Source: Vicugna vicugna (lineage: Eukaryota). Taken from it: DNA of 64,000 nt. The position numbers and the translations under genes were made by a program. This document shows positions 14,034-26,157 of this stretch, one piece after another; position 1 is the first letter of the stretch, and the number at the start of each line of letters is the position of its first letter. The notes under the pieces are model-generated. The model was not told the DNA's origin. It ran no database searches and was given only the letters and a program-made list of their open reading frames with translations. Location of the stretch: contig MU058584.1 of NCBI GenBank assembly GCA_013265495.1, forward strand, positions 780,616 to 844,615. The letters are read 5' to 3'.

Positions 14034-14609
14034 TGTGGTGATTTGCCTATTGTCTCTCAGCTTTAAATCCATTCTTCTATGCTCTGCTCTGTGATGTTGG
14101 AACTGGAAGCTCTGCAAGCTACATTCAGAGATTCCTTTACCAACAGACCTCCCTTTAGATTCTGCCAATAGGAGACAGGAGGTAAGGATTGAAAGCTGGG
14201 AGGAAGAGAGAAGAGAGTGATTTCCTGTTTCTTGGTATCAGTGTTGTTACTCCAGCAGTGGCATTTCATGCTACCGTGGCAGTTCGTTCCAGCCTCCAAC
14301 TTCTTTCCACGCTCCCAGAATCAGCTTCAACATGTTGCGTCAATGATACTATCAGAAACCAGATTATGAACCACCTTAGAGACCTGAGCTGTGGTTCCAT
14401 GGTGCCCTCTTCCTTCTGGCTCCTAAGTTGTAGCCCAAATCCCTCTCCTTTTATTCTCCCAGCCTTAGGGTAGCAGCTGCTTTCTGCAGTGATTATTTCT
14501 GATTGGTCAGCCCTCCAATACCTTTGTGGCCAATTCCTTGTATTAGATCCCTTCAGTTGAAATACCTAGTATTCTGTCTGTTTTCCTGACTGGATCCTGC
14601 CTGATTCCA
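14034..14609 (+). mobile_element. Solo ERVL-type LTR (LTR33-like)
   Basis: TG...CA termini; TTCTATGCTCTGCTCTGTG, TAGATTCTGCCAATAGGAG and the terminal CTGTTTTCCTGACTGGATCCTGCCTGAT resemble LTR33 as I recall it. Confidence 0.6.
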
Positions 14610-17479
14610 GAGTAGAGCTCAGAGCACAGAACTTAAGAGGGAGGTGTTAGTCAGAGATCCAGGCAAATAAGTAGTTGGGCAACATGTAGCCAAAAAGTTA
14701 CTGGAAATGCCATGTGAGTCTCTGCGTGGGTCTTCTTGTCTATTATAATTGGAATTCAGATACCCACCTTCTATTCTTGCTGAAGTGTTGGTTAATTCAC
14801 CAGAAGAGATGCCTGTGCAGAGAACTAAAAGGAGTGTGGTTTCAAGTTACAGAAGCCCACCTGGTGTAGTCTGAACAACACTTGGGGATGTATTATAAAG
14901 ATACAGAGTGTCTTGTGGGATCCAACAACAGAAAGTGCATCTTGATCATAGAAAGAGCTTGGGACTGAGACTAGAAAACTGCCAGAATTCTCACTTGTCT
15001 TTGCATTTTTCTGACCACTGCCTTAATTCTTTTCTCCCCGTAGACAAGCTTTCTCTGCTTCCACAGTCCATGTGATGCAGAGAATATTACCACCTAAGGT
15101 TTCACAGTCAATTCTCCTCTTTCTAAGAAACTAGTCCAGACTGGACTTGCAGTCCCTTGACCCATTTTCGAGTCTAATGAAACAATTTCTTGCATTTTAT
15201 GAAGTATAATTCAAAAAGTAGCTTGGACCAGCTGTGTGTTTCTAATCCCTTCAATTACGGCCAAGGAAGTGGAGGTTCTGTAACGCAAGCATGGAGTAGG
15301 AGACAGGGCAGTACTGAGGTCACTGTGGATTGAGCAGACCTACAAATATTTACTATCCTGGACCTCAGGAATGTTGATAAAATTTGGAGTCAGGGCCATG
15401 ACCAGACGTAGGTCTTTAATCGAAGACAGACCAGTCATGACTGCTCAGGTCCTCCTATATCAGGATTGGACTGATTCTAACAAGGTGGGGGGAGGGGAGC
15501 TGAGACTGCATCTGCAGGTGAGGATCCAGGGGCCTGTTGGGAGTGGAATGGATGCAGACTCAGGGTCTGTCTTTCCATTCACCTCTGCCAGATCTCTCTT
15601 AAATGTATTTAGACTTCTCATGAAAAAATAATTCTACCTCTAACCTTCATGCTATTGAAGGAACTGGGGCTGCCTGTCAGCAAAACTAAGAACAGGAGAT
15701 TGCAGGACTTCAGCTGTGTTCTCAGCGGCCGCTGACATCGCATGGGGTGATCTTCCCCACACTCCATTCCCAGCCGGCCACTCCCCTAGTCCTCAGTTGG
15801 CCTAAGGATGCTTTACCTGTTTTTTCTTATTTAGTTTGTTTTCCTGAAATCTTTTTTAAGTGTTTCAAGTAAAACTATTCTTTATAATTGCATGATGTTT
15901 TGGAAAGTGCAGTGGACAGGGACTCAAGAAATGTGAGTTCAAGGCTGTGCTTTCCCCTCCTGTTTTGAGTGACTTCAGACGAGTCACTTAACTGTGCTGA
16001 GATTCGGCTGTCAAACAAGGGCACTGGGTTGGGTTCACCTCTGAGTCTCCTCCCAGCTTCCACCGAACTGAGGTCAGGGTAGAAGAACTTGCCCTTTGCT
16101 GTGTGTTGCACGGGTCTTAGAATTGAAACTTGTCTTGCTAGTTGTGAACGCTCTGGCAGTAGGCCACTGGAGAGCTCTGATGGATCCTGGCTTTGTATAA
16201 ATGGTTCCTCTCTGGGATGTGAAGGGCCCTGGAGAACACAGATTCCATCCATGCGACTAACATCTGAGCTTTCCCAGAAGCCCACAAAGATTACATAGAA
16301 TCAGAGTCTGGCCTCTATCTTGAAAGGCAATTTGAGTGCTGCTGGACATTCCAAACTGAACGTGTACATGGAAAAATAACATTGGCACTATAAATTCCTT
16401 TCTGCTTTGAAATATGTTGTGTATTAGAAACAGAGAGGTGGTGTTTATGGTGTAGCTCAGGGCAATGGGATGGAGTTATGCATTGAGAGCTAAATGATAG
16501 GGCATTAAGCAAACAGATCTCTAAAGTGAGATGTTTTAAAGGATAAACAAATTTTAATAATTGTGTAAAATCTCCCCTCCCACCCCCCAAGTAGGAACTC
16601 AGATTGACCTCTCATGGTTCTCTATGCCTTCCAGGGATGCAGGAGGAAAAGGGGGCTGCACCCCTAAAAACAGCAAGACTCCAACAACTAAAAGTCCTTT
16701 GACTTTCCAGGCTTCTTGGATCCCTAACAGGACGGTCAGTGGGGATTATGTTGTTTCTCTCCCAGACGCCGGAAAAACCCCAGCCCGGATGCAAGGCAGC
16801 TGAGGGTCTTCAAATTTCATAAGGAAGGTTATCATTATGTATAAGATGATTGCTCCAAACTGGGCCTGAGCATGGAAAAATAATACTGCTGTTCAAACTC
16901 CACTCTGCTCTGAAAATGTGTATGTGTGTGAGGAGCAGGGAGGTCGTTTAACTAGCTGAGGGCTGTTTTCACCGAGTCCAGACAAGGGTTAAGGTAAAAT
17001 GGTAGCAGGGGAGATTCAGTATGGACACAAAGCAGAACTTTTGCCACTGAGTGTTGATATACACTCAGGCTGCTGAGAGATCCTGTGCCCTGGAGCTGTT
17101 TAAAAGTAGGTTGCTTTCTTATCTGACAAGGACAGTTTAGGTTTCCAGACTTTGGCTTGGAGAAGGGTTGCATTCCTAGGATGAGGATGGGAAATGCATT
17201 GTTTTAAAAACCTCTTTTCGTAGCTCTCACTCTCCTTAGGGAATCCAAAGCTGAGTTACACTTCTGGGTTTCCTGTGCCTATTTTTTTCAGCCCACATCT
17301 CAGGATTTCTGCCGAGGTGAGGATTTGTTATGGAAAAGGAAGTGGAGGAACAGCGAAGCAGGCGGGGAAGCCAGATAACCTAGTTCCCTAGGATTGGGTG
17401 TAAATCAAGAGTCTAGAGCCTCTGAGGTTTGTTGTTGATGCCAAATGGGCAGAAAGAGGACTGAGAATCAGAAGGAAAG

Positions 17480-17680
17480 GAACAGATTCAAACTCAGATT
17501 CTGCCATTTTCCAGCAAAAACCCGTACGTAAGTTGCTACTTCCTCGAGCTTTATTTTCCTTATTTGTCAAGTGAGGACATTGCTCTCTGCACTGCGTACA
17601 TACTGGGGCTGTCTGAGGATCGGGTGAAGTCATGTCTGTGAAAGCACTCCTTTAAACTATGAAATATTATATATGCCATT
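17480..17680 (+). mobile_element. MIR SINE
   Basis: TTCAAACTCAGATTCTGCCA...AAGTTGCT...TTTCCTTATTTGTCAAGTGAGG...GTGAAAGCAC follows the MIR consensus order. Confidence 0.6.
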
Positions 17681-19221
17681 GTTGAAAAAAAAGAACACAG
17701 GCAAAGAAGAACCTTATTTTGGTTATTAACCCCAACTTCCTCTTTACTCAACTTGACTTTTCAGCGCATCCATGGAAGAGTCACAGAATGATTTTAACTT
17801 AAAAAAAAAATCTCTTTTCTTCCTCTGAAGGAAGGGCTAAGAAACAGTGACACAAAGATGGGCTTCAGCGGGCAAAGGATGGAAAGGAAAATAACGTAGA
17901 TAATTCTCCACGGGGAAACAAGACTTTGGTTCCCCCAGACTGACTCTTTCCCACTAAGTCTACATCCGTTCTGTTTGCTACATAAACACACACACTTTAT
18001 TGTCAACAAAGCACGTAGATACGTATAAATAGTCTAGCTCACCAGGTAGGAGCTTGGGCAGTTTAAGTGTTTTGTGCATTAATTCTTGTGTATGGACATT
18101 GGGGAAATTATAGTACCTATCCCATAAGGCTCTTTTGAGAGATGAAATAATAAATGTAAAGTTCTTAGAAGAACGCCTGCATACAGGAAGCCATCAGTAA
18201 GTTACTCTTTCATGATATTTTATGTTCACAACCCTGTGAGTGGTCAGTTCGTATCATCCTTCACTTTATAGACAGAAAAGTGAGTGACTCGTTGAAGGTG
18301 ACTCTGCTCACAAGGAGTTTGAACCTGGATCATCCTCCACTAAAGTCCATCACAGAAGAACAGCACCTAGAGGCAGGTAGTGTTAGGACCCAGCCCACAG
18401 AGGGAACAGTCTCTTAGGGGTCAGGTGACCTGAGATCTTTAAATCACGTGTGAAGATGGTATTCATGCCTTTGTGGTTACAATTCCATAGGGTAATTCTT
18501 AAGCACACTACGAGTCTTGAATCATGAGCTAAATTCAGGAAGAAGCCAAATGAAAGTCTCTATACAGCTGTCTGGACATTAAGACTATTTTGCTTTTAAT
18601 AAAACCAGAGTATTTCTGTTGCCTACAAGATATCCTCTGTATCGATTTTTTTTTAATTAAGCCTTTATGACAACATATGTCAGTGGATTTCTCTATTATG
18701 GACAGATTGACCAGTAACAAGACATCTTATTTTAAAGATTAGGTTCTAAAATGGATACTTAAGCTAAATGTGTACATAATATGGCTCCACAGTATACAAC
18801 GTTCAGTTGTTTGGTGAGGTATAATTTCTTTAAAATTCAAGGATTGTCAAACTTAATTATTGATGCAGCAGATAATTTTGGCCTGTCTTTCAATGTACGA
18901 TGGCCTTTTCTGAGAACTGACCACCCTGTGAGTGTGATGGAGCAATATTTGTGTTACATGACCCACTGCCCTCCACGGTTTAGAGATGGAGGATAAATAC
19001 ATGAAACAGACCTGACCCCTCAAATTCTTCATCTCAGGATTCCAGAACCGGGCTTCAATAAAACTAGTCAGTCTCTCGTGTTCACCTGAAATGAAGAGAG
19101 ATAATTTGAGAGCTAAGATATCATTTTAGGACAATCAACTTCAATAATGTGTGGAAAGTAGTAGAAAAGTCTGGTCTACCTAAACGAATATGTTAAAGCA
19201 AGATGTGTAGAGATGAGGAGA

Positions 19222-19358
19222 GAGATGAATGAATAAATGAATGAGAGAGAAAGGAAGGGAGGGAAGGGGGGAGAGAGAGAGAGAGAGAGGAACAGAGAAG
19301 GAGAAGGAGAAAAGAAACAGAAGGAAAAGAAGAAGAGGAGGAAGAGAAAAGACAAAAC
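19222..19358 (+). repeat. Purine-rich low-complexity / (GA)n microsatellite tract
   Basis: Seen directly: (ATGA)n, (GA)n and GAA/GAG-rich runs. Confidence 0.9.
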
Positions 19359-21128
19359 AGCTAACTAGGCATTAGGTTACTGGTGGCTAGTTTCTGGTTT
19401 TAATTCCTTGCTAATCTTAAATGTACCAACTGGGTTTGGTTTCTGTGAATTCTGGTATAGCCTTTTACGGGGTGTATGTGTGTCTACTTCTTAAACTAAG
19501 TTATTTATGCTCCTTTTACTTCCATCCTTTATTTTACTTCCTAAGTCACCATAAAGGTGTCCAACCCTTGCACATTTGGAGACAGAAATACTACAGTCAT
19601 TTCAATTCTTAACACTTGTATTTACTTGAACCTTGGTTTGTAGACTAGGAAAGATCTTGAAAAATCATCTTGCACATTTCCTTACTTCTAATTAATACTG
19701 CATCTCGACCATTCCAGATAATTCTATCTTATTTTTTAGTACAGTCCAGGTAGTAGAATTCTGTACTGTTTGTCAGTAACTCCTTCCTAGTGCAAAACAG
19801 TCTTCACAATGTGGATGTGTTACCTCCCATGGAACATAAATCATTCTGATTTCAGTGACTCATGTCTCCCAAGCCAGTCCAGGGGGCAAAATCTGTTCAC
19901 AGAAGAGTAACAAAATAGTATTTCTCCACATCTGTTCCCACAATTTTAGGAATTCCAGCTTTACTCAAAACTCTGTCACATAGTTCTGAGAATCTCCAGG
20001 AAATTTTTGTCTGTGTATTCTGTGAATTACTCCTCTCGGCTTTGAAGTGGTGTTTGCCATTTTCTTTCCTTTCTGCTGTGGCTTTGGGCAGCCATGGCTG
20101 TTGTCAGGTTTGAAGGAGTGCGCCCCTCCCCCCAAACCAGATGTCTTCCAGAGTGGAGGCTCAACTCTGATGAGTCCTTCTAAGGCTTTCAGTGTCCCTC
20201 AAATATTTCAGTAAAATTCTGCTTTCAGCTTTTCCTTGCTCTGTTTTTGGTAGCATCTTCTTAGAGTTCAAGGTTAGATCCCCGATTTGCCTATGTGTCC
20301 ATCACCTGAGTGATAGACATGGTATTTTTCTTAGAGCTTCTCCTCACCTTTTGACATGGCTCGGTTTCACTTGGGACTGTCTTTTGTCCTCTGGTTCTTT
20401 CTTCACTCAGCAAATTCTTCCCAAAAGTCTCCTTGGTCTGCATACCCATAGACTCTTGACAGGGCTACCCCTCATTCCTCACAGAGATTCCAGTGTGTCT
20501 GAGTTTTGGAGTCAGCATCACTGGCCCCGGCTGGACTCCTAGCCATACATGTACACGGACAGCCAACCAGCCCTGACTATGGGGTGGCACCGCCTTAAGA
20601 CCTGGTTTTTGAGGACATGTACGGTATCCGTCCTTTGTTAGTTTTCAGCTTTATGAAATCATTACACTGCTTCCCACATTTGACCTGTAGTCTCACCAAA
20701 TCTGTGAAATTATAGGTCATGCTATCAGTGCATTCTTCATGGTAATGCCAAAGAGGTAAATGATTACAGGCCTAGATATTTGGGGGGACTCTAGGACTAT
20801 CCCTAAAACCAGATGTCTGCAGCTGTCTCAGGCAAGCACCCAGGAAAGTGCCTGACAAACGCTCAATATATACTTATTGAGTTGAGCTGAGTGTCCTGGC
20901 CTTAGTCACCATCAGACCTAACTTTAGGTTTTCTAAGTTCCTTGAAGTCTTTTTAATAGGTTTGTCTCTGTATTGTTTCTTCTCTTTGCAAAATAACCCT
21001 AGTTCTCGTGTTTTCTCTTAAGTCTTCTTTTCTACCTTTAATCATGTTTGTGGCTGCCCTCTGAACCGTCTCCAGGTTCTCCATGATTTCCTCCATCTGG
21101 GAAGCACAGAGCTGAAAGGTCAGTTTCT

Positions 21129-21276
21129 TTTCTTTTTTTTAATTTTAATGGGGGGGGCAATTAGGTTTATTTTTATTTATTTATTTATTTATTTATTAAA
21201 GGAGGTACTGGGGATTGAACCCAGGACCTCGTGGATGCTAAGCACACACTCTACCATTGAGCTATATCCTCCCCCC
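21129..21276 (-). mobile_element. tRNA-derived SINE (camelid Vic-1-like) with target-site duplication
   Basis: Reverse complement reads GGGGAGGATATAGCTCAATGGTAGAG (A box)...GGTTCAATCCCCAG (B box)...(AAAT)n...CCTAATTGCCCC. TSD TGAAAGGTCAGTTTCT (21113-21128) / TGAAAGGCCAGCTTCT (21279-21294). Confidence 0.92.
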
Positions 21277-22249
21277 ATTGAAAGGCCAGCTTCTGATTGA
21301 ACTTAAGGATCCCTAGGAACTTAACACCGGCAACTTGACTCTTCATGGCCATTCCAGTTGAAAGTCTTGCCTCCCTGTTCCTCTTATGAATTATCCCCCA
21401 CTCCAAACTTACTCTGGGAATGTCCTTCCATGATTCCTTTTCACTTTCCTTTTCCTATTCGTTCCACCTCTTTTTTTGCTTCCCTTGGGGGCTGTGCAAT
21501 CCCAGACTACTTGCCAAAGAACAGGCAGGGAAGAGATGCTGATAGCTTAAGAGCCCAGAGACAGGAAGCCTCTTTACTAGGAGGCCCTCTGGCAAAGGTG
21601 GATCTGGTCTTCTTAGTCACTCTCTTGCCATCTACCTTCCTCTCCGGATTTCCTGACCTTGAGTTTCTGCTTACTCTGCACTCCTTGTACTCACAGAGAA
21701 TCCAGACCTTCAGGGCAGACCAAGGCTGTGCTTGGTAAGGAATGATCCAGACTCAAAGCGTAAAGGCCAAGAGCCTTGATGGATGGAGAGGAGAATTACT
21801 CATTTATAGAGGCGAGGGAAAGATTTCTCCCTCTCACCTACATTCCCCTTTCACACCATCTATGGTCTTGGCCATGAATAGGAAAAAAAAAAAAAGAAAA
21901 AGGGAAAAAAAAATTCAAAATAATTTAGAACCCCTTGTAAATGCTTGTGTTTTCATTTAGCAGCATGAATCAGGGCAGCAACAGACCCTCAGAGGAGGCA
22001 GCAAACAACTGGGAATTAAGTGGAAAAAAATAGGAATCCTAGACTCTCAAACTGTCCAGTTTTTTTTTTTTTGGTGGGGGAGGTGGGGGTGGAGGGATTA
22101 AATCAAATCTTTCTGGGGGAGGGTTCAGCGCTAGCTTTTCATGGATAAAACACTAAAGATCAACTCCATGTGTGTGACCCAACTGTCCTGGAAGCTACAA
22201 TCAGAAGAGAATCCAAACCTTAAGTTGTGCTTATAGTTTCAGCTCAAGT

Positions 22250-22600
22250 AAGAAAAATGAGGTGGGGGGGGCCGTCGCGGGGTGGGGACCAGGTCTTAGA
22301 TGGTGAGGGGGGCTTAGGGATGGATGCGGTAGGAATAAGGCGGAAGGGAGCTATGTCTTTAAGTCTGTCCTATGGTTATGCATATTTTTTCTTCTATGAA
22401 TGGGTTTTGCTGTAAATTATAGCTTTGCCCGTGGTCCCTTGGGTCAAAAGAAATAGTCTCTAAACAGAAAACAGCTCTGATTGGTGACTTTCCTTCTTCC
22501 CTCCCCAACCCCCTTTCTAATTGAAACCAAATGTGCAATATATTGGATGCTGGGATCCCTGGCGCTTTCCCAGGAATCCTCAGAATGTGAGGTTTCTCTC
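22250..22600 (+). promoter_or_regulatory. DDR2: DDR2 proximal promoter (G-rich tract, inverted CCAAT boxes, no canonical TATA seen)
   Basis: Directly upstream of exon 1. ATTGG at 22480-22484 (CTGATTGG context) and 22542-22546; G-runs with CpGs at 22261-22320. Confidence 0.7.
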
Positions 22601-22767
22601 AAAGGCATCTTGCATCAGCCTGTGGATGTATGCCTACCGCCGGGCTCCTCCACCGGCAAAGTGGAAAAAGAAGCGTTTCACAACAAAGTCTTCTTTTTGG
22701 GTTGGGGGAACGCAGTGGATTATAGCTCTGTTTTCTTCTTTCCAAAACTGTGCACTCCTGGATGAAC
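22601..22767 (+). other. DDR2: DDR2 exon 1 (non-coding 5' UTR); TSS approximate
   Basis: AAAGGCATCTTGCATCAGCCTGTGGATGTATGCCTACC...CCAAAACTGTGCACTCCTGGATGAAC matches the human DDR2 mRNA leader as I recall it, and is followed by donor GTAAGT at 22768-22773. Confidence 0.88.
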
Positions 22768-22786
22768 GTAAGTTATGTGTTTTAGC

Positions 22787-22795
22787 TTTTTTTTT

Positions 22796-22827
<32 letters not shown>

Positions 22828-22852
22828 CCTTCTTTTTTTTTTTTTTTCTTTT
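22787..22852 (+). repeat. Interrupted poly(T) tract (about 66 nt) at the start of DDR2 intron 1
   Basis: Seen directly. Confidence 0.95.
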
Positions 22853-23974
22853 CCGAAAATGAAAGCTCTGGATATCCTTCTCCTGGGGTCTCAGAAAAAG
22901 TTTTGAAGAGGAGGCAGAAGGGGGTTTCAAGTCAGGCGAGGAACGGACGGGAATGGGGCACCGTAGGCTCGAGAAATCCATGATCTTAGGTTTTTGGGGG
23001 GAGGCTGGATGCATGTTATGTAGAGAAGAAGAAAGCGCTACTAACCAAAGAAGACTGAAGCAAAATAAACGAACCCATAGCAGCTGCAAGATACAATAAA
23101 CAGCATTCGCAGAGTTGGAACTGTTGGCAGTCAAGACAGGCCGATCGCAGAGCTGGCTACAGGGATGGGGAAGCCAGAGCAGGGAGCTGGGTTTTCGGCA
23201 TTCAGCGGCGGTGTTTAAGGTCCTGAGTTTTGGAGAGGACACCTTTTTGTAATTTTGCTTTTTCGGGGAAGTTGCCGACTTAACTGTGAGAAGGACAGCT
23301 TTGGGTGAGGATTGGGGCGGCCGGGCGGGGGGCTGGGTGGACGGGGTATTTTTCAGTCGGGGACGAGCCTCACTTCCCCACCTCGCAGGCCTGGGTACTT
23401 TTCCCTTTGTTATCGAACGACTTGGGACTGTTTGCAGTTGGGACCTCTGCGTCCTGGCTGAAGTTCAAGACTCCCATCCAAGGGGAAAGAGAATTTTTCC
23501 AAGCGGCTGAAAGTCTCAGGCCAGCCATTTGAGGCGGGAGCTCGCACGGTTCAAGCCAGGAGGGGTTCAGCACCATTTTGCTGACTGCTGGCCGCCTGCA
23601 TCCTGGCCCTGGAGGAACGGCAGAGGCAGAGTCTGCAAATGGCCTTAGAGATCTCCTTAGACCCTCTCATTTCACAGATGGTGGATGTGGTAGAGCGGTG
23701 ACTGACACGTTCAGGGTCACACACACAGCACGTTAATAGCGGAGCTGAACGTGAAAGTAGGGTTCTCTTTACTGCTAATCCAGCGCTCTTTCCACCCCAT
23801 ACCTCCGTGTTTTTGTGTTCATTTCTCTTGAGGTTGTGGTAACAGAGGCAGTTTAACTAACAAGTCACCATGAAGACGTGAGGTATCAGCAAGGGAGGAT
23901 GCTAATGGTGGTTCATTGGCTAATGGCATCTATGGTGATACTTGGTGGCGTGTGTTAAATTTAAAAAGCGACCA

Positions 23975-24180
23975 TTTGGGTACTTGCTGTGCACCAGGCT
24001 CTGTGCTCAGGCTTTACATACATCATTTGATTGAATCTCATAGTTCCTAAGGCATTATTCCTATTTTATGAATAAGGGGATTAAAGCTTAGAGAAGTAGA
24101 ATGAGTTGCTTAAGGAGGTGCAGCTAATAAGGTTGAAACTCACGTAGGTCTGACTCTAAACTCTGTGCTCTGAGTCACTC
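23975..24180 (-). mobile_element. MIR SINE
   Basis: GTACTTGCTGTGCACCAGGCTCTGTGCT...CCTATTTTATGAATAAGG...AAAGCTTAGAGAAG...GTCTGACTCTAAA follows antisense MIR. Confidence 0.7.
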
Positions 24181-25305
24181 GGCAATGACACTCCCCTCCC
24201 CCACTCCATACACACATTTGATGACTTTCTGAGTCAAACTCCATGTTTCCCTCGGTGACGAGGTGGCGACGGTGTCAGGCTAGGGGAGCAGCGCGGATCC
24301 TCTCTGGGAGGCGACTTCCACACTCGGATGAGTATTTATCTGGCTGCCAGAAAGGGACTGTGGTGGGCAGCTCTGTGCATTCATTCTGGGTGCTCGGTAG
24401 GTAGATGCCTACCTTTCTTGTGCAAAGAGCCTGGGATTTAGAGTCTGAAGACCCAAGTGCAAGTTCTGGCTCTACCTTTTAGTACTTGGCAAAGCTGCTT
24501 TCCCTTTCTGCATCTCAGCCTCTGTGTTTATTATGCTGAAATAACAGTAGCACTTTCAGTGTTACTGTTTTAGGAGATACTGGACATGACTGCGTCCCGA
24601 AGGCTGTGAAGGGCTTACAATACCGGTTCTCGGGGCGCTGATCACTGAAGGCGGGAACATAATATCAGGTGGCCTCTGCCATGCTGGGTCTGGCAGGCAG
24701 TGCCAGTGCTGGCAAGAGGGCGGTTGCGTTGGGCTGTAAACTCCAAAATGAGTGGCTTGGGTCTCGGTGCTCATCTCTTTTGAATGGAAGCAGCCCTCCA
24801 CACGGGGAATATTCCTGGCTTTTCTTTCTGAAAGTTGCCTCTGGTGGCCTGGCTTGGCCGTGATTCCTTACCCAACGAGCTCAGTGGAGGCTGAAGGACG
24901 CCGTGCTGTTCAGGCATCTCTTGGCTGGGTCTGTGCTGTCTCCGAACAAGAAAGGGTTAGTCGGGATCAGTTCTCTGGTCTCTCCTCAAAGGACATGGCT
25001 TTTGAGGGACTTCACATCTAGCTGAGGGTAGATCCTTGACCCTGGGCCTTCTTGTCACCAGAGGCACATCTCACCCCATCCTTCACCACATGTTCCTCCT
25101 CATAAATTCTCCTCCTGCCTCTGGTCAGAAGGCATGCAGCTGCTCCTGGGGGTGGGGGCCGAGGCCCAGGAGGCAGCGGGGGCCTCTACCTCCACTTCTG
25201 CTGAAGAGTGTTTGCTTTATAAACACCAAAGATAAGGGAAGTGGGGAATTTCCAGATTCTTTTTCTTAGACTCTTCAAGTTGAAACTCCCAACGGTATCC
25301 GTGTC

Positions 25306-26157
25306 TGTGACATAATGGAAAAAATACACAGTGGTCTCTTCCTCTGGTTCCTGGCACAGAGCTCTGAGACCCTCCTCATTTCCTAAGTGAGAAAGAGCAC
25401 TAGGAGCATCTTTTGTTCTAACTTTTGGTCTTTGACGCTCCACTCCTGGCACAGAGCTCTTAAGTCCCTCAGAATTTCCTGGGTGACAGGAGTGTCTTCT
25501 GTTCTAATAATGTGACTCTGGGTGGGCTCTGGGTAGGGGCTGGTCCCCAGAAAGACCAAGCCATGATTAGAAACTTGGGATTTTTGGCCTCACTTCCTAT
25601 CTTCCAGGAGGGGGAACAGAGCTGGAACCTGTGTTGATGATCAGTCATGCCTATGTGATGAAAATCCCCAAAGTAGGGGGTTTGGGGAGCTTCTGGATTG
25701 GTGAACATATCTCGTGCTGGGAGGGTGGTGCACCCCAACTCCACAGGGACACAAGCTCCTGTGCTCAGGACCCTCCCAGACCTTCCTCTATGTATCTCTT
25801 TGTCTGGCTGTTCATCTGTGTCCTTTATTATATAGTAAACTGGTACATGTAAGTGTTTCCCTGAGTTCTGTGAGCTGGTCTAGCAAGTGATTGAATCCAA
25901 GGTGGTTGGAGGGCTCATGGGAACTGCTGACTTGTAGCGAAGCTGGAAAGACGTTGTGGGTAACTTGGGGACCTGCTATTTGTAATTGGTGTCTGCACTG
26001 GGGGGACAGTCTTGTGGGTCTGAGCCCTTAACCTGTGGGCTCTGCACTAACTTCAGGCAGGGAGTGTCAGAATTGCTTGATATGGAAGCCCACACATCTG
26101 GTGTCAGAAATATTCTGAGTGTGTGAGTAGAGAAAAACAGTGAGTTTTTCCTCGACA
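25306..26157 (+). mobile_element. Solo LTR, MER21-like
   Basis: TG...CA termini and a 5-bp TSD GTGTC (25301-25305) / ATGTC (26158-26162). Internal repeated CCTGGCACAGAGCTCT and TTGTTCTAA; TTCCCTGAGTTCTGTGAGC and GTCTTGTGGGTCTGAGCCCTTAACCTGTGG are MER21-family motifs from memory. Confidence 0.8.

Noticed and set aside
22634..23242. 202-aa minus-strand ORF with a poly-lysine run
   Set aside because: The lysine run is simply the intron 1 poly(T) read antisense. The start is not ATG and there is no recognisable homology.
23564..23590. REST/RE1-like TTCAGCACCA
   Set aside because: Only the left half-site is present; the GGACAG right half is missing at canonical spacing.
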